A DNA stretch of 64,000 nt from Octopus vulgaris (Eukaryota), in the NCBI GenBank assembly GCA_951406725.2, contig OX597842.1, positions 4,774,001 to 4,838,000 on the forward strand, written 5' to 3'. The notes under the pieces are model-generated. The model saw only the letters and a list, made by a program, of their open reading frames with translations. It was not told the DNA's origin and made no database searches. Shown piece by piece: positions 62,310 through 64,000 of the stretch (position 1 is its first letter; each line of letters opens with the position of its first letter). Position numbers and translations under genes: made by a program.

Positions 62310-63650
62310 AGCTCTCTGCTGACATTACTGGTTTTTCCTTCCATCAAGTGCGCTTTTCTTTGGTGGTGAGTTCCTGATTTTCTTCATCTCCTTTTGCAGT
62401 ATTTGCCTCCAGTGTGGGCAATCATTTGCAACTTCCTCCTTTGAAATGAAGATGAGGTTGTCCTTGTGCTCTTCTGCTGGTTGCCAATTCCCCATACAGG
62501 AGGTCTTTTGGGATCCTTCCGTCTGGCATGCGATGAACATGACTGAGCAGGCGCAAATGATGCTGCTGGAGCAGAGTAAGTATGTTGGGCATCTTGGCTT
62601 GGTTAAGGACTTTGGTGTTGGTGATGTGGTCGGTCTACATGGTAGCCAAGATGTGTCTCAAATTATGAAGGTGAAAGACATTGAGATGCTGCTCCTGTCT
62701 AGAGTAGTGGCTCCACGTCTCACTGCTATAAAGTATCATACTAAGGATGCACACCTTATAGACAGAAATCTTGCTGTTAGCAACCGGTTTTTTGTTTTCC
62801 CAGACTCTCTTTGTGAGTTTCGCAAATGTGGGGGTTGCTTGTCGGAGTCACCTGTTGATCTCAGGGTCCGGGAGAGATCATCAGCGATGGAGGAGCCGAG
62901 GCAGGTGATTTCATGGACTTACCTCCAGCTTGTAGTTGTTGATGGTGAAGGTGGGGGTGGGCTGCTTGACACTTTGGCCCATTACTTCGGTCTTCTTCAG
63001 ACTAAATTCCTGACAGGCTTTTGAGTGTTTGTCCACAAGGTGCTGCATTTACTCTTCAGAGTGTGCTGTCAGTGCTGTGTCATCCACAAACAGCATTTCT
63101 CTGATGAGTACCTGGGGTGCACCCCAGATTTTGCTTTGAGCCACAACAGACTAAACAGTTTTCTGCTTGATATGGTGTGGGGGTAATCACCATCAGTTGA
63201 TGTCCCAAATGCATGTTTCAGCATCACTGCAAGAAGATGCCAAACAGGATGGGGGTAAGCACACAGCTCTGTTTCACGCTGCTATGTTGAATGTCTCCAA
63301 AAAAAGGGCCATCAAATTGAATGACACCTTTCATGTCCACATGAAATGATTGGACAATCCTGAGGAGCCTTGGAGGACAACCAATCTGGCAAGGATTTTG
63401 AACAGGCTGTCCCTACTAACTAGGTCAAAAGCCTTTGTGAGATAAATGAAGGTGATAAAGAGTGGCTGTCTTTGCACTCTGCACTTTTCTGTAGCTGTTG
63501 GAGAGAGATCGTGTCGATGGTGGAGCGTTTAGATCTGAAATCACACTGAGATTCTGGGTATATCCTCTCAGTAATTTTCTGTAGCCTGTTTAGGGCCATG
63601 TAGGCAAAGACCTTCCCAACAATGCTTAACAGCAAGATACATGCATCATT
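62310..63650 (-). mobile_element. Decayed RTE (BovB-like) RT
   Basis: LLSIVGKVFA..ALNRLQ...ERIYPESQC.FR..RSTID, plus a decayed C-terminus similar to 48670-49105. Confidence 0.8.
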
Positions 63651-64000
63651 GGGGTATACTAGCAAATCTATGTATAGTCATAGACTGGTGATTCAGTTCA
63701 GCCCTTGTTCAATTCAGGTATGTGATGTTGATAAGCCATAAAAATGGCAAAATATCGGTAACCATCACTCCTGAATGGGATTTCAGGTTAGTTGTCTCAC
63801 CTGTCTATGTCTTTCAGGTGTTTTAACACCCAGTGCTTTGAGGGAGTCTTCCCTACTATGTAAAACCCTCACATACCAGTGAACAAGCAAAACACACACA
63901 TTAAGTATGTGCAGTTGATAATGTATACAACACAAACGCTGCTTCTAATTCATAATTGAATATATATATATACTCTTTTACTTGTTTCAGTCATTTGATT

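Overview
Eukaryotic, AT-rich and very repeat-dense DNA. The SINE/RTE/(TA)n landscape resembles an Octopus-type cephalopod genome (inference). One host gene is recognisable: the last three coding exons of Hakai/CBLL1 (RING + HYB E3 ligase, m6A-writer accessory subunit) on the + strand at 2677-2763, 17176-17237 and 27471-29817, ending in a roughly 730-aa Q/P/H/G-rich low-complexity tail. The rest is mostly transposon debris: RTE and CR1 LINEs, at least four Penelope-like elements (PLEs), Helitrons, Tc1/mariner remnants, MITEs, a Gypsy 3' end, four tRNA-derived SINE families and long (TA)n arrays. The most notable unannotated signals are (i) about ten hammerhead-ribozyme-like motifs of several variants at PLE-type ends, some with non-canonical cores, (ii) about ten local fold-back inverted duplications including a 2.3-kb palindrome, (iii) a locally templated two-donor patch, and (iv) a young GC-rich CR1 insertion. 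Repeat boundaries were read by eye and are approximate.
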